Source: Salinibacter sp. (lineage in GTDB: Bacteria > Bacteroidota > Rhodothermia > Rhodothermales > Salinibacteraceae). Taken from it: DNA of 44,393 nt. The position numbers were made by a program, and so were the translations under genes. Below are positions 18,914-30,709 of the stretch, piece after piece. The stretch spans positions 1 to 44,393 of the forward strand of contig JBDGQM010000056.1 of the NCBI GenBank assembly GCA_042219065.1, given 5' to 3'. The notes beneath the pieces were generated by a model that saw nothing but the letters and a program-made list of their open reading frames with translations, did not search any database and had not been told where the DNA came from. Numbering within the stretch: the stretch's first letter is position 1; each line of letters opens with the position of its first letter.

Positions 18914-19573
18914 TCACCCCAGAATCTGTTGCATCGAGCGGAGAAAAATTTGCTGCACCCCCGGGCTGATCAAAATGGTCACTACAGTGATCACGAGGCC
19001 GGCCAGTGCACCGCCCACGTGGGCCTCGTGCGCAATCCAGTCCGACGGCATGCCCCCCTGCCGTCCCGCCGCCCGGCCGCCGCCCCGCATCGCGTAGATG
19101 GAGCCGAACACGTACCCGAACGCGAACAGGACGGCGGGGATGGGGAGGGCAAAAAACAGATACAGGTTGCGGAGCGGAAAGAAGACGCAGAAGGCAAACA
19201 CGACGCCGCTGACGGCCCCCGACGCCCCGACGGCCGAGTAGTGCGGATCGTCGCGGTTGAAGACGTACGTGAGGGCGTGGGCCGCAAGCTCCGACCCGAC
19301 GTAGAGGACAAGAAAGGCTCCGGCCCCCAGAATTCGCTCCAGCAGCGGGCCGAAGAAGTAGAACGTGATCATGTTGAAGGCCAGATGCATGCCGCTGGCG
19401 TGCACGAAGCCGGCGGTGAGGACCCGGTAGTACTCGTTGTACTTCCGGATCCGGCGAGGCTTGAACGCGAGGTCCCGGATGAGCGAGGGATCGGCCAGCA
19501 GGGCGTAGCCGCTTATGCCCAGGTTGGAGAGCAGCAGGGCAAGCGTGATGGGGGCGTTGAGAAGTCGCTCCAT
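18914..19573 (-). CDS. Rhomboid intramembrane serine protease
   Basis: H...HLAFNM, GASG, AHEAHVGG. Confidence 0.93.
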   Translation of the reverse strand: MERLLNAPITLALLLSNLGISGYALLADPSLIRDLAFKPRRIRKYNEYYRVLTAGFVHASGMHLAFNMITFYFFGPLLERILGAGAFLVLYVGSELAAHALTYVFNRDDPHYSAVGASGAVSGVVFAFCVFFPLRNLYLFFALPIPAVLFAFGYVFGSIYAMRGGGRAAGRQGGMPSDWIAHEAHVGGALAGLVITVVTILISPGVQQIFLRSMQQILG

Positions 19574-19707
19574 TCAGTTTGGGAGAGGGGGAATAGGAGA
19601 GTAGAAGTGCGGGGAGGTGTCTGAGCGGGGCTGACTCTGCGACCAAGCGAACCTGGAGTCCTCACGGAGAGATGACAGCGAGCAGGCCTCGAATGCAAAG
19701 TCGGGCC

Positions 19708-20415
19708 TCACGCCGTGACCGCAGAGACGTGGCCGATGAGCGACTCGAAGAGGAGCCGTCCGTCGTCCCCGCCAAGCAGCGATTCCACGCAGCGCTCCGG
19801 GTGGGGCATGAGACCGCATACGTTGCCGCCCTGATTGACGATGCCGGCGATGCCGTGCACCGACCCGTTCGGGTTGGCCTCGTCGGTCACCGCGCCCTCC
19901 GGCGTGCTGTAGCGGACGAGCACCTGGTCGTTGCGCTCGATCCGCTCCAGCACCTCGTCGTCGGCGTAGTAGCGGCCCTCGCCGTGCGAGAGGGGAATGG
20001 TCACGACCTGGCCCTCCGTCAGGGCGTTCGTAAACGGCGTCTTCGCATTCTCGACGCGCAGCGTGGTGTCCTTGCAGATAAAGCGGAGCGACTCGTTGCG
20101 CATGAGCGTGCCGGGCAGGAGCCCCGCCTCGCAGAGAATCTGAAAGCCGTTGCAGATCCCGAAGACGAGCCCCCCGTCTTCGGCAAACCGCACCACGTCC
20201 TGCATGATGGGCGAAAAGCGGGCGATGGCCCCGGAGCGCAGGTAGTCGCCGTACGAGAAGCCGCCCGGCACGATCACCACGTCCACGTCGCCGACCTGCT
20301 CCTCCTCGTGCCAGATGAGCCGCGCCTCCTGGTCAAACACATTGGCGGCGGCGTGGTGCGCATCGTGGTCGCAGTTCGATCCCGGAAACACGACGACGCC
20401 GAAGCGAACGGGCAT
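19708..20415 (-). CDS. purQ: Phosphoribosylformylglycinamidine synthase subunit PurQ
   Basis: [38 protein letters not shown]. Confidence 0.97.
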   Translation of the reverse strand: MPVRFGVVVFPGSNCDHDAHHAAANVFDQEARLIWHEEEQVGDVDVVIVPGGFSYGDYLRSGAIARFSPIMQDVVRFAEDGGLVFGICNGFQILCEAGLLPGTLMRNESLRFICKDTTLRVENAKTPFTNALTEGQVVTIPLSHGEGRYYADDEVLERIERNDQVLVRYSTPEGAVTDEANPNGSVHGIAGIVNQGGNVCGLMPHPERCVESLLGGDDGRLLFESLIGHVSAVTA

Positions 20416-20491
20416 GGGAGGGCAGGATGAGTGAAAAAACGAGGCAACGAGTGCGTCTCCAGTGCCTGTCGCGTGATCTGTGGATTGCTGA

Positions 20492-20566
20492 GTATTGCGT
20501 ATTTCGTATTGCGGAAGGCAGAGGGGCGAGCAGAATACGCAATACGCACTACGCAACACGCAATGC
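20492..20566. repeat. Inverted heptamer arrays (GTATTGC)x3 ... (AATACGC)x4
   Basis: gtattgc gtatttc gtattgc, 21-bp spacer, aatacgc aatacgc actacgc aacacgc; same family at 28315-28561. Confidence 0.85.
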
Positions 20567-20572
20567 CGACCG

Positions 20573-22105
20573 CTACGCGTTCACATAGTCCAGCCAGGCA
20601 CTGCCCTCCATGTAGTCTTCCACGACATCCGTCAGTTCGGGATTCCGATACGAGGTGATCCGGCTATTCACGTCTTTCCGGAAGACCTGCAGGCAGTTGG
20701 AGATGAGGTCGCTCCGGAAGCCCCGATCCCCCAGCTCGATCGTCATTTCCATCGAGATGACGCGGCCCAGGATGCGGCCCAGCGCCACGAGCTTGCGCTG
20801 TGGAAGCGAGAGGTCCACCTCAAAGTCGAGCGTGTCCTGGAAGTAGTCGGCCGCCCGTGCAGTCGGCTCGTAGTTCGACAGGAAGGTGTGGAGGTTTTTC
20901 TCCTTCAGGTCCCGCATGGACTTAAGCACCGACTCCGAGATCTGCTGGTAGAGCACATCGTTCGAGCCCTCGAAGATCTGGAACGGGCGGCTGTCGACCA
21001 CCGAGCGCCCGGCCACGTGATCGAGGCGGTAGCCCGTGCCGCCGGTCAGTTGCAGCAGCGACTGGGCAGCGTTCTGCATCAGGTCGGTGACGACCGTCTT
21101 GGTGGCGTTGGCCGAGAGCGCTTCTCCGGCGAGGTTGTTGTCGGTGTGCGCGTGTTCACTGGTGTGGAGGCACATGGCGGAGCAGGCCGTGTAGGCTGCC
21201 TGCAGGTTCGCGAGGCGACGCTGCACCTGGTCGTACTCCAGGAGCGGCTTGCCGCCCACGAAGCGCTCTTTGCAGTGCGCCAGGGCCTCGTCGAGGATGC
21301 GCTGGAGGAAGCCCATGCCCATTCCCGGAAACTCAATCCGGCTCCGGTGCAGGGTGTCGAGCATCATTTTGATGCCCGTGCTTTCCGGCTGCAGGCGGTG
21401 CGTCTCGGGCACCTGAATGTCGACGTGGTTCCGCCCGTACGGAATCATGTAGAGGCCGAGGTTTTCGTAAAGCTCCTCCACCTCAATCATCTGGTCGGGC
21501 TGATTCATGTCGGCGACGAAAAAGTCGATGTCCCGACCCAGGTCCCCGTTCGATCCCTGCCGTCGGGCCGCCACGAGCCAAAAGTCGGCCCAGCCCGTGA
21601 GCCCGGCCCAGTGCTTGGTCCCCTCAAGGTGGTACGCCCCGTCCTCTTTGGTATACGAGGTTTCCATGCTCAGGGCATCGGTGCCGTAGTCGGGCTCCGT
21701 AATCATGAGCCCACCGAGGTTCTTCTCCTCAATGAATCGTTCAAAGATGGGGCCCTTGATGGACTCGGCCCCGTACTTCGTGAGGGGCTGTAGGAAGAGA
21801 GCGCCATTGATTCCGAGGGTGAGGGAGAGTGCAAGCGACTCGTATGAGGCCGTGGCAAGGATGGCCTGGCACTCGTGGACGTGTCCGCCGCGTCCGCCGT
21901 ACTCCTCGGGAATGAAGACGGAGAGCGGGGTGGTCGATTGAATTTCCCGCATCATGAACGGCGGCAATCCCCGACTCGTACTGATCTCGTCGAAGTCCCC
22001 CCGCATCGTGAATGCTTTTTGCAGCTTCTCTCGAAAGGAGCTCCGGAACGTCTCGAATTCAACGGAGGTCCCAATGTCTTCAGAAAGGTATGAGGCTATG
22101 CTCAT
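20573..22105 (-). CDS. Acyl-CoA dehydrogenase family protein
   Basis: [46 protein letters not shown]. Confidence 0.92.
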   Translation of the reverse strand: MSIASYLSEDIGTSVEFETFRSSFREKLQKAFTMRGDFDEISTSRGLPPFMMREIQSTTPLSVFIPEEYGGRGGHVHECQAILATASYESLALSLTLGINGALFLQPLTKYGAESIKGPIFERFIEEKNLGGLMITEPDYGTDALSMETSYTKEDGAYHLEGTKHWAGLTGWADFWLVAARRQGSNGDLGRDIDFFVADMNQPDQMIEVEELYENLGLYMIPYGRNHVDIQVPETHRLQPESTGIKMMLDTLHRSRIEFPGMGMGFLQRILDEALAHCKERFVGGKPLLEYDQVQRRLANLQAAYTACSAMCLHTSEHAHTDNNLAGEALSANATKTVVTDLMQNAAQSLLQLTGGTGYRLDHVAGRSVVDSRPFQIFEGSNDVLYQQISESVLKSMRDLKEKNLHTFLSNYEPTARAADYFQDTLDFEVDLSLPQRKLVALGRILGRVISMEMTIELGDRGFRSDLISNCLQVFRKDVNSRITSYRNPELTDVVEDYMEGSAWLDYVNA

Positions 22106-22312
22106 TAGATTAAGCTATCTCGGCGATCCAGTGGGTCCGCCCTGTGGAGGCGGAGGTGCAGTACGCTTGTTACAACTTACATCTACCGTGAACAAAGACG
22201 GAGTAAAAAAGATCGACCGCAACGAAGAGATCTGCAAACGAAGCTGCAACAAATCATCAAGATCTTGCGCGGTTTTCCGTATATTATTCGGAATCAGCGA
22301 AAAGATATATAC

Positions 22313-22358
22313 AAAAAGAAAAGGAGGAAGCCGGGAAACACCCAGCATTCCTCCTTTT
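22313..22358 (-). terminator. Terminator downstream of ssb (possibly bidirectional)
   Basis: AAAAGGAGGAA..TTCCTCCTTTT inverted repeat with flanking A tract. Confidence 0.75.
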
Positions 22359-22394
22359 GGCGGAACGAGCGATGAGACGCGATCTTCTGCGCTC

Positions 22395-22895
22395 TCAGAA
22401 CGGGAGATCATCGTCGGGCTCAAAGGTTTCTTCCTCGTCCCCCGACTGTCCCGACTGCGGCCCAGAGGGACCGGCCGGTTGCTCTGAGCGGGTCTGGTCC
22501 AGGTCGCCCTCTTGCCGGCCCCGGTCCTGGTTGAACCCCTGAGGCCCTTCTCCGCCCGTCCGGTTGCTGTCGAGAAACATCATCTCTTGAGCCTTCACCT
22601 CCGTAGAGTAGCGGGTGTTATCGTCCCGGTCCTCCCAAGAGCGCGTCTGGAGCTTGCCCTCGAAGTAGACCTGCGATCCCTTCTGCAAGTACTCGTTACA
22701 GACTTCGCCGAGCCGTCCCCACGCCACTACGTCGTGCCACTCGGTATTCTGCACTTCGTTGCCGTCGTCGTCGGTGTACGTCTCGTTGGTTGCGAGCGAC
22801 ATGTTGCAGACAGCCGTTCCGCTGCCGGTGTACCGAAGTTCGGGGTCGTCGCCGAGATTCCCAATCAGGATTACTTTGTTGACACCTCTGGCCAT
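22395..22895 (-). CDS. ssb: Single-stranded DNA-binding protein
   Basis: [29 protein letters not shown]-terminal DDDLPF. Confidence 0.98.
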   Translation of the reverse strand: MARGVNKVILIGNLGDDPELRYTGSGTAVCNMSLATNETYTDDDGNEVQNTEWHDVVAWGRLGEVCNEYLQKGSQVYFEGKLQTRSWEDRDDNTRYSTEVKAQEMMFLDSNRTGGEGPQGFNQDRGRQEGDLDQTRSEQPAGPSGPQSGQSGDEEETFEPDDDLPF

Positions 22896-23082
22896 AGCGA
22901 ACCACCTTAACTGTTATTTGAAAATCAATGAAAGGCCGGGCCCTCTTCCCTGTGCTTCTGGCTATACGACGAGGCGCCGGAAGTGTCCCGAAACGTCCGG
23001 GCGGACGAACGCGGAAGAGGGCATGATGCGGTCAGTCTATCCGGTAGACACACGCAGGTGGGGAAATATAACGTGGACACAT

Positions 23083-23130
23083 AGAAAATGCCGGGCAGGT
23101 CCGCTCACCCAAAGACGCACCTGCCCGGCA
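23083..23130 (-). terminator. Hairpin/terminator downstream of the alpha/beta hydrolase
   Basis: 12-bp perfect inverted repeat TGCCGGGCAGGT / ACCTGCCCGGCA followed by TTTTCT on the minus strand. Confidence 0.55.
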
Positions 23131-23330
23131 AGGATGGAGGCCTCCGTGGGACTGTTGAGGTCCCGGACAACGAGATCGCGGTTGCGACCCGCGCTGCACA
23201 TATGTTGACATACAATGTGTATGCCAAACCCGGATCGCCCCAGCATCTGCGCGGGTGTGTCCGCATACACGGGGGGCGGGAGCGTGCGCTTCGTCACACA
23301 GTTGTCCGGACCATTGGACAGGGGAGGAGA

Positions 23331-24146
23331 CTACCGACCGGACGAGGGCTCCAGATGTGCCTCCTCAGCGAGGTCCTCGAGGAACTCGAGCGTCAGGTCG
23401 TTGAACGTCTCCGGATGCTCGATCATGGGGGCGTGGCCGCACTTGTCAATAAACTCGAGACGAGCGTCCGGCATCCGGTCCCGAAACTCCTCGCCTACCT
23501 CCGGCGGGGTGACGATGTCGTTCTGACCCCAAATCAGAAGCGACGGCATATCCAAGTGCGAGAGCTGCTCCGTGACCGTTTCCTCGTCGGCCGACCGGGC
23601 GAACTTGAGAAGCCGGAAGGCGCGGGGCCGATCATTGACGATTTCCAGCATCTCGTCGACCAGCTCGTCGGTCGCGTGGACAGGATCGTAGAAGGTCATC
23701 TCCGTGCGCTCCTTGATGAACTCGCGGTCCTGTCGGCGGAAGAACGACGAGCCCATCGTGGTCTCGTAGATGCCGGAGGACCCGGAGAGCACCATGGCGT
23801 GGACGGTCTCGGGGTAGTCGAGGGCGTAGAGCAGCGCCACGTGGCCGCCCAGCGAGTTGCCCACGAGGATCACAGAGTCGAACCCGAGGGTGTCGATGAA
23901 GTCGCGCACGTACTCCGTGAGGCGAGGCACCCCCGTCTCCGAAATCGGAAAGTCGTACATCGGCAGGATGGGGGCAAGCACGCGGTGGCCTTTGTTCGAC
24001 AGGGCCTCGATGGTATCGACCCAGTTGCTCAGGTCGCCGAGCATGCCGTGCAGAAGCACGACCGGGGGGAGGTGGGAGTCGTCGGGGCCTTCCTCATTGT
24101 ACTGGAAGGGACCCGTCTCGTGGATATGGAATGGAGTTTCGTGCAT
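23331..24146 (-). CDS. Alpha/beta fold hydrolase
   Basis: LLHG, nucleophile elbow GNSLGG, WGQND, CGHAPMIE. Confidence 0.92.
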   Translation of the reverse strand: MHETPFHIHETGPFQYNEEGPDDSHLPPVVLLHGMLGDLSNWVDTIEALSNKGHRVLAPILPMYDFPISETGVPRLTEYVRDFIDTLGFDSVILVGNSLGGHVALLYALDYPETVHAMVLSGSSGIYETTMGSSFFRRQDREFIKERTEMTFYDPVHATDELVDEMLEIVNDRPRAFRLLKFARSADEETVTEQLSHLDMPSLLIWGQNDIVTPPEVGEEFRDRMPDARLEFIDKCGHAPMIEHPETFNDLTLEFLEDLAEEAHLEPSSGR

Positions 24147-24609
24147 ACGTGAACTCGTCGTCAGGAAGGACGGGGCGGTTCAAAGTTGTTAGAACGACGG
24201 CTGTAGGGTCAACTCCCCAGGGACAGGTCGTTCTCGCGCAATGGAGCATACGGGCACGTGGCACCGATTCGGTGTGGGGAGGACGGGCCTCGGGGGGGTT
24301 AGGGCAAAGGAGTCGTGGGGGGCTGGTGCCCGTAGGCAAAGGCCGTGTAGATTTTCGGATACCTCTTGCAAGAAACGTACGAAGTCAATAACATTCAAAG
24401 CCCCACATGCCAAGGGGTTCGTCCGTCGTCCAAAATATGGACCCGGCGAGATCAAGAAAGCAGCGAAAATTCGCGGAAGAGGCGGCAGAATCGTCTACGG
24501 TCGAGGCCCCAACCTTGAGGGACGGTGCCAGAGAAACCGGACACCGTTCATCTGGTACGAAGAAAGTCCATTTCCTCCATATTCTTCTCGCCCAGCACGC
24601 TCATCGCTC

Positions 24610-24945
24610 ATGAAAAAGGAGTCCCAGAACCGCGCGACTCGAACGGGGGTGTACAGTGCACTGGCAGGGGGAGCTGTGGGATTTGCCCTGGGCATGTTGT
24701 TCGCTCCGAAGCGGGGGCCCGAAGCGCGTCGCCGCATTACCTACCAGCTCGAACGGCTTACGGCGCAGGCGGAGGGGTTTTTTCGTCAGCTCGTTCAGTC
24801 CGGCGTTGAGAGCAAGGCCCGCCGCAACAGCGCCGCGGTGGTGGAGGACGCAGAGACCCGGGCCGATCACATCCGCGACGACATTGACGCCTTGATGGAA
24901 AAACTCCGACAGGAATCACAGGACGTTGATGACAATGTGGAGTGA
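24610..24945 (+). CDS. YtxH domain-containing protein
   Basis: GGAVGFALGMLFAPKRGPEARRRI followed by a helical acidic tail. Confidence 0.85.
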   Translation: MKKESQNRATRTGVYSALAGGAVGFALGMLFAPKRGPEARRRITYQLERLTAQAEGFFRQLVQSGVESKARRNSAAVVEDAETRADHIRDDIDALMEKLRQESQDVDDNVE

Positions 24946-25015
24946 CTGCCGTATCTCGCCGGGCCGCCCTCCCGTGTTCATCTCTTTCGCCACCGACTGA
25001 CCGACTCGCTTCTAC

Positions 25016-25840
25016 ATGCCAGACCTTACTGTCCTTCTGTCCCCCGCCGACCGAAAGCAGCCCGGGGGAAATCCCTTTGCCCCGGACATGTTTGACTACC
25101 GCACGTCCGGGACGTTCAACTACTTCGACAACCTGAATCCCGACCGGCGGGAACTCATCGACACCCTGCAAGACGTGATTGCCGACGAAGATGACGACGC
25201 GCTTGCGGACGTGTTCGGCCTTGAAGGATACGAGCTGGAAGAGGCCGTCCGGGTCAACGAAGAGATCTACGACGCGCCCCTGATGTCGGCCCTCGACCGA
25301 TTTAGCCCGGGCGTGATGTACGCCGCCATGGATTTTGCCAACCTACCCACCGGGGCCCAGCGCCGCCTTCTCGAGAACGGCGTGATCCTGTCGGGGCTGT
25401 TCGGGCTGCTCCGCCCGGACGACCTGATTCCCAACTATCAGCTCGGCATGGACGCCACGCTCCCGGACGTGGGTCCGGTGACCGACTACTGGCGCTCCAT
25501 CATCAGTCCCATCCTCAACGAGAGTCTCGAGGGCCGATGGGTGTGGGACATGCTTCCGGAGGTGCACCGGAACGCCTGGACCGACGAGCACACCTACGAG
25601 GCGCGCGTGGAGGTCCGGTTTGAGCAGGTCGAAGACGGGGAGCGGGTGGAGATTACGGGGGAGGATCTGGACGTGCAGCGCGGGCAGTTTGTCAACTTCA
25701 TCGTTCAGGAGACCGCCGAAGAGATGGAGGATCTCCGCGAGTGGTCCGAGGAGGAGTCGGATGAGCTGTCGTTCGACGAGGACGCCTCCAGCTACGACGA
25801 GGACACGAAGACCTGGACGGTTGTGATGGTGCAGGAGTAG
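25016..25840 (+). CDS. yaaA: YaaA/DUF328 family peroxide stress protein
   Basis: LLSPADRK, ILSGLFGLLRPDDLIPNYQL. Confidence 0.8.
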   Translation: MPDLTVLLSPADRKQPGGNPFAPDMFDYRTSGTFNYFDNLNPDRRELIDTLQDVIADEDDDALADVFGLEGYELEEAVRVNEEIYDAPLMSALDRFSPGVMYAAMDFANLPTGAQRRLLENGVILSGLFGLLRPDDLIPNYQLGMDATLPDVGPVTDYWRSIISPILNESLEGRWVWDMLPEVHRNAWTDEHTYEARVEVRFEQVEDGERVEITGEDLDVQRGQFVNFIVQETAEEMEDLREWSEEESDELSFDEDASSYDEDTKTWTVVMVQE

Positions 25841-25843
25841 GGG

Positions 25844-25913
25844 GCGTTCGGCGTTGAGGGGGAAGCGTCGAGGGTTGAGCGTCGAGGGTTGAGTGTTGAG
25901 AATTGAGGGGAGA
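25844..25913. repeat. Heptamer tandem array (GSGTYGA-like) x10
   Basis: gcgttcg gcgttga gggggaa gcgtcga gggttga gcgtcga gggttga gtgttga gaattga ggggaga. Confidence 0.85.
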
Positions 25914-25975
25914 GCATTGGGATTGGGGGCGTTGGTGAAGGCTCGATGGTTGTTGCTGAGTAGGCGGTTGATCTC

Positions 25976-26620
25976 ATGACTCCTCCGGTTGTGATCGGCA
26001 TCGCGGGCGGGTCGGGGTCCGGGAAGACGACAGTCCTGAATCGCATCATTGGCGAGTTTGGGCCCGACCCCATCGCCGTCCTCGATCACGATGCCTACTA
26101 CCGGGACCTGTCGCACCTCTCGCCCGAGAAGCGGGCGCGGTTCAACTTCGACCACCCCGATGCCCTGGAGACGGAGCTCATGACCGAGCACCTGGATGCG
26201 CTCATCGAGGGGGAGGCCATCGAAAAGCCGGTGTACGATTTCACGACGCACACCCGCGCGGAGGAGACCGAGACGGTGGCGCCCCGGCCCGTCATCATCA
26301 TCGAGGGCATTCTGGTGCTGGCCGAGTCGTCGCTGGAGGAGCGGATGGACATCAAAATCTACGTCGACGCGGCCGACGACATTCGGCTCATGCGTCGCAT
26401 CCGCCGGGACCTGCAGGAGCGCGGCCGCTCCATCGAGGGCATCCTGCGCCAGTACGAGCGCACGGTGCGTCCCATGCACCTCGAGTTCGTGGAGCCGTCG
26501 AAGCGAGAGGCCGACATCATTATTCCCCGCGGCGGCCACAATCAGGTGGCCATCCAGATGGTCATGTCCCGAATCCAGGAGCTGCTTCGGTCGGTGGAGA
26601 ACGGCACGCTGCAGGCCTAG
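25976..26620 (+). CDS. udk: Uridine kinase
   Basis: [39 protein letters not shown]. Confidence 0.96.
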   Translation: MTPPVVIGIAGGSGSGKTTVLNRIIGEFGPDPIAVLDHDAYYRDLSHLSPEKRARFNFDHPDALETELMTEHLDALIEGEAIEKPVYDFTTHTRAEETETVAPRPVIIIEGILVLAESSLEERMDIKIYVDAADDIRLMRRIRRDLQERGRSIEGILRQYERTVRPMHLEFVEPSKREADIIIPRGGHNQVAIQMVMSRIQELLRSVENGTLQA

Positions 26621-27390
26621 CGGTTCATGGTGGCGAGGAGCCGCGCCCCGTGGAGGACGAGGTGGGGCGCGTGCTGGGCCTCCGCATCGAGATGGGTGGC
26701 AAGAAGCGTGCTCCACCCGCCCGTGAGAACGAGGCGGGGCGCGTCGGGAAGGGGCTGGGCCAGACGGTCCGTCAGGCCGCGCACGCGGTCGAGGAGCCCG
26801 CCCACGATGCCGCTCTGAAGGGCCGTCCGGGTCGACTGTCCCACGGGGCGGCCCGGAAGGGACAGGGGAATCTCGGGCAGCTGCGCGGTCCCGCGCCGCA
26901 GGGCCTCCCGCGAGAGGGCCGGGCCCGGACCGATCGTCCCGCCCAGATAGCGGCCGTCCCGGTGGATCACTTCGCCGTTCACGGCCGTCCCGGCGTCCAC
27001 GACCAGCACACTCCGGGGGGCGTCCTGTCCGTAGCGGACCCACCCGGCGGCGGCCGCGGCCAGGCGGTCGACGCCCAGCGTGTCCGGGGTGTCGTAGTCG
27101 AGAGCGAACGGGAGCTCCATCCCTGGATGGACGGGCGTCACCGGGGCGTCCGTGAAGGACTGCACGGCGCTCGTGACGGAATCTGTGCGGGTGGGCACCA
27201 CCGACACGAGCCCGACTTGGTCGATCTTCGGATCGTGGAGATGGGGGGCGAAGGCGTCGTGCCAGTGGGCCTCCTCCGGCGCCGTCGAAGAGGGATCGGG
27301 GAGCGGGAAAGACGCCTGCCAGGTGAGCGTGTCTCCCTCGAAGAGTCCCGCCTTGACGGTGCTGTTTCCGAGGTCGAGGGCAAGGAGCAT
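26617..27390 (-). CDS. coaX: Type III pantothenate kinase
   Basis: LDLGNS, SVVP, LGVDR, VDAGTA, GGTIGPG, TAQLP, LTGG; stop overlaps the udk stop by 4 nt. Confidence 0.94.
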   Translation of the reverse strand: MLLALDLGNSTVKAGLFEGDTLTWQASFPLPDPSSTAPEEAHWHDAFAPHLHDPKIDQVGLVSVVPTRTDSVTSAVQSFTDAPVTPVHPGMELPFALDYDTPDTLGVDRLAAAAAGWVRYGQDAPRSVLVVDAGTAVNGEVIHRDGRYLGGTIGPGPALSREALRRGTAQLPEIPLSLPGRPVGQSTRTALQSGIVGGLLDRVRGLTDRLAQPLPDAPRLVLTGGWSTLLATHLDAEAQHAPHLVLHGARLLATMNR

Positions 27391-27455
27391 TGGACGGGGA
27401 CGGGGGCTCGGCGTGGTTGCCCGGAACGGGTGGACGAGCGTTCGGGGGGCGCTGT

Positions 27456-28256
27456 TCAGTGTCGCGTCGTCACGTTGCCCGCGTGGACCGTCGTGGTTCC
27501 TTCCGCCGTGCGGAGGCGCAGCGCGCCGGTGTCCGTGATGCCCTCCACCGTGCCGGAGAGGGTCTGGTCCGTGTCCGGGACGCGGAGGGTCGTCGGCTCG
27601 TGGAGGGAGGCGAGCCGATCCTCGAACGCAGCGCGGACGGCCTCGCCCGACGGTCGTGGGGGCTGGACGGCGTCGTAGCGACGCTCGATGGCGCGCAGAA
27701 GGTGGGCCAGAAGCTCGGCGCGTGGAATGGGACGGCCCGTCGTGAGGCGGAGCGACGTGGCGGTGTCGGCGAGGGCGTCCGGAAAGTCGGTCTGGTTGAC
27801 GTTGAGCCCGACGCCCAGGACCACGACCGTATCGCCGTCGGGCGGCGCGAGGGACGACTCCAGAAGGATGCCGCAGGTCTTTCGGCCGTCCAGGAGCACG
27901 TCGTTCGGCCACTCGATGCCGGCCCGGTAGGGCGACACAAACTGCTCGATTGTCTCGGCGACGGCCACGCTGGCGGCGATCGTGATCAGGCTGAGCCGGT
28001 CGGGCGCCAGCTCGGGACGGAGCACGACGGAGAAGAGGAGGTTCTGCCCCCTGTCGGCCGTCCAGGTGCGCCCGTGCCGACCGCGACCCGTCGTCTGATG
28101 CTCCGTTAGCACCACGGCCCCGTCCGGCGCCCCGTCGCGTGCCCACGCCGCGGCCGCTTCGTTCGTCGAGCCGAGCTCCTCGACGCCGCGCATCGGCGCC
28201 CCGAGGCGGTCGGTGGAAAGCCGGTCCTGAGCGTCCTCGACGAGTGGGAGGGACAT
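27456..28256 (-). CDS. birA: Biotin-protein ligase (no N-terminal HTH)
   Basis: [36 protein letters not shown]. Confidence 0.95.
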   Translation of the reverse strand: MSLPLVEDAQDRLSTDRLGAPMRGVEELGSTNEAAAAWARDGAPDGAVVLTEHQTTGRGRHGRTWTADRGQNLLFSVVLRPELAPDRLSLITIAASVAVAETIEQFVSPYRAGIEWPNDVLLDGRKTCGILLESSLAPPDGDTVVVLGVGLNVNQTDFPDALADTATSLRLTTGRPIPRAELLAHLLRAIERRYDAVQPPRPSGEAVRAAFEDRLASLHEPTTLRVPDTDQTLSGTVEGITDTGALRLRTAEGTTTVHAGNVTTRH

Positions 28257-28327
28257 GGGAGATGGTATCAGTCCGTGGGAGAAAAGGCCGAATCACCGGA
28301 TGCGAGCGCATTCGGTATCGCGTATTA

Positions 28328-28498
28328 CCGATGCGTGAGAAAATTCGTGAACGGGGTTCGTAGACCTCGATCGAGAATGCTCTGGCAGGAACGGGGTTGA
28401 GTATGGGAGTGTGGGCGTGCGGGCGTTTTTTCATACCCACATACCCCCAAACGCCCATACCCAGAGGCTTCGTCTTCAGGGATTTCTGCACGGCTCGG
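28328..28498. mobile_element. 171-bp MITE-like element, copy 2, flanked by TA on both sides
   Basis: TA-CCGATGCGTG...CACGGCTCGG-TA; same length as copy 1; lies inside a heptamer array. Confidence 0.8.
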
Positions 28499-28604
28499 TA
28501 CGTGAAAGCGGAATGCGCGGGACACGTGCGAGAACAGTACGCAATACGCACTACGCAATACAGTGGTCTCACAGTCGGCATGGGTCGCTCGAGGAGTTCC
28601 CGCG

Positions 28605-29462
28605 TTACTCGGAGGCATACCCGTAGTAGGCCGACACGGTACGAAACTGGCGCGGGGCGCGGAGCGGCACGTCCACCACGGCCCGGAAGCGGGTGAGGCG
28701 CGGCACCCATGTCTCCGAGCCCATGGCCCCGGGCGCACGGCGCAGGCGGATGGTGATCTGGCTGTGTTCGCGGAAAAGCAGAATGCGACTGGTCCGGGCG
28801 GTGGTCAGGCCCACGAGGGCGTGCGATGCCCGATCGATCGTGAGGCGGGCATAGCGAATGCCCTGGTCCGCCCCCCGTTGGTCCGAGCGCGCCTTCGCCT
28901 CCACCACGAACACCGGGGTGCCGTCCAGCAGCGAGTCGCGCCGAAGGGCGTACCGGTAGGCCTCCTGAGTGCGGGGGGCGAGGTACGCCGGCTCGTCTGG
29001 GAGCGTCTGGGCGGTGAGGTTCGCGGGCCGTTCCGTGCGCTGCCGAGCGGGCGTAATCGCCGACAGCATTCCGCCTCTCCGAAACGAGCCGCCCGAGTCG
29101 GCCCGCTGGACGGTGCCGCTCTGCGAGCCCGGCGGGTATCGGAGCGTGAGCGTGCGGTACGCCGTCGTCGCACCGGTGGTGTCCAGCTGCTCGGTGCGGA
29201 CGTACCGGGTCACGGCGTAGGCGGAGAGATTGGCAAAGGCCGAGTCGAACGCGGACCGGTCCATGCGGGCGAGCACGGCCAGCACCGAATCGCGCGGGGC
29301 CTCCGTCGTGGCGATCGTGTCGAGGGCGCCGAACGACGCGTACGTGCCGGACGTCGGGGCCGGACGGTTGCACCCCCCGCTCCCGACGGAAATCCCGACG
29401 AGCAGCAGCCCGCCCACGACCACGTGTAAAAAACGGGCGCGTTTGGCGGCGAAGGGCTGCAT
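28605..29462 (-). CDS. Hypothetical exported protein / lipoprotein
   Basis: Basic N-terminus, hydrophobic stretch, SGGC; beta-strand-like body; no family recognised. Confidence 0.7.
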   Translation of the reverse strand: MQPFAAKRARFLHVVVGGLLLVGISVGSGGCNRPAPTSGTYASFGALDTIATTEAPRDSVLAVLARMDRSAFDSAFANLSAYAVTRYVRTEQLDTTGATTAYRTLTLRYPPGSQSGTVQRADSGGSFRRGGMLSAITPARQRTERPANLTAQTLPDEPAYLAPRTQEAYRYALRRDSLLDGTPVFVVEAKARSDQRGADQGIRYARLTIDRASHALVGLTTARTSRILLFREHSQITIRLRRAPGAMGSETWVPRLTRFRAVVDVPLRAPRQFRTVSAYYGYASE

Positions 29463-29599
29463 CCGTGATCGTCGGTTTATATGTTAGCACGCGTTCCGGT
29501 ACCGCTAGCACGGAACCGGACAAAAGTTTCGGATCGCACAGCAGGCTTCGCGAAGTCTTCGGCGTCCTGTGCGCCACGTGCCCAACCGGTGTCGCCCAG

Positions 29600-30433
29600 A
29601 TGGAGACCCCATCACACGATTCGCCATACGACGCTGCCCTCGACGGGGCCGTGCGAGCGGCCCGGGCGGCGGCCGTCGTCATTCGCAACCAGGCCGGTCC
29701 GCTCAACGACGTGCGGGCCAAAGGGAAAAATGATTTCGTCACCGAAACCGACGAGAAGGCCCAGGCGGCCGCACTCGAGACGCTCCGCGAGGCCTTTCCG
29801 GAGGACCCGGTACTGGCGGAAGAGGGCCACGCGCCCGACGCCATTCCTGCGGGCGTCGACGGGCGGCGCTGGATCGTGGATCCCCTCGACGGCACCACGA
29901 ACTTCATGCATCAGGTGCCGCCCTACGCCGTAAGCGTGGCCCTGCAGGCGGACGACGCCATCGTGGTGGGGGTAGTGCTCGACGTGTCGCACGAGGAGCT
30001 CTTTACCGCAGTGGCGGGGCACGGGCTTCAGGTGAACGGACGGCCGGCGAGCGTCAGCGGAACGGAAGGGTTTGGGGACGCCTTTCTCGCGACGGGGTTT
30101 CCGTACCGCCGGTTCGAGCACACGGAGATCTATTTGGACGTCCTGGGCGACATTCTGCCGGACGCGCGCAGTGTGCGGCGGCACGGGTCGGCGGCCATCG
30201 ACCTGGCGTGGACGGCCTGCGGGCGCTTCGACGGCTTTTTCGAGACCGGCCTGCAGGCCTGGGACGTGGCGGCGGGCATTCTCCTCGTGCGTGAGGGCGG
30301 GGGACGGGTGACCGACTACCGCGACACCGCCGGGCTCACGCCGCTGTTTGACCAGCAGGTGTGTGCCACCAACGGCCGGGTGCACGAACCGCTGCTGAAC
30401 CATCTTGCCCCTATGGACAACGTGCGGCTCTGA
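29600..30433 (+). CDS. suhB: Inositol monophosphatase family protein
   Basis: [35 protein letters not shown]. Confidence 0.9.
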   Translation: METPSHDSPYDAALDGAVRAARAAAVVIRNQAGPLNDVRAKGKNDFVTETDEKAQAAALETLREAFPEDPVLAEEGHAPDAIPAGVDGRRWIVDPLDGTTNFMHQVPPYAVSVALQADDAIVVGVVLDVSHEELFTAVAGHGLQVNGRPASVSGTEGFGDAFLATGFPYRRFEHTEIYLDVLGDILPDARSVRRHGSAAIDLAWTACGRFDGFFETGLQAWDVAAGILLVREGGGRVTDYRDTAGLTPLFDQQVCATNGRVHEPLLNHLAPMDNVRL

Positions 30434-30476
30434 GGGAGGCGCTGTGCTCCGTTCCTCCGTCGACGCGAAGTGAGAT

Positions 30477-30636
30477 GAATCATGACCCATGATCGCGACG
30501 CACGGATTATGAGGCGTGATGCGTGATACGTGATGCGTGATGAGTGAGACGTGATGCGTGACGCGCGACTCATGACCCTTGACTCATGACCCTTGACTCA
30601 TAACTCATGACCCGTCACCCACGACCCGTGACGCAT
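30477..30636. repeat. Heptamer arrays (GCGTGAT)x7 then (GACYCWT-like)x10
   Basis: gcgtgat gcgtgat acgtgat gcgtgat gagtgag acgtgat gcgtgac ... gactcat gaccctt gactcat gaccctt gactcat aactcat gacccgt. Confidence 0.9.
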
Positions 30637-30709
30637 TCCCCACGATCTGCGGCCGAACTCCTTCGATCCTGCTCCTTGTATTCCTTCAAACCGACACCTT
30701 TACGCTACC

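Noticed and set aside
26617-29907. 1096-aa ORF
   Set aside because: Only the last 257 aa (CoaX) look real; the rest is off-frame over birA and other genes and runs through the MITE; no evidence of a birA-coaX fusion
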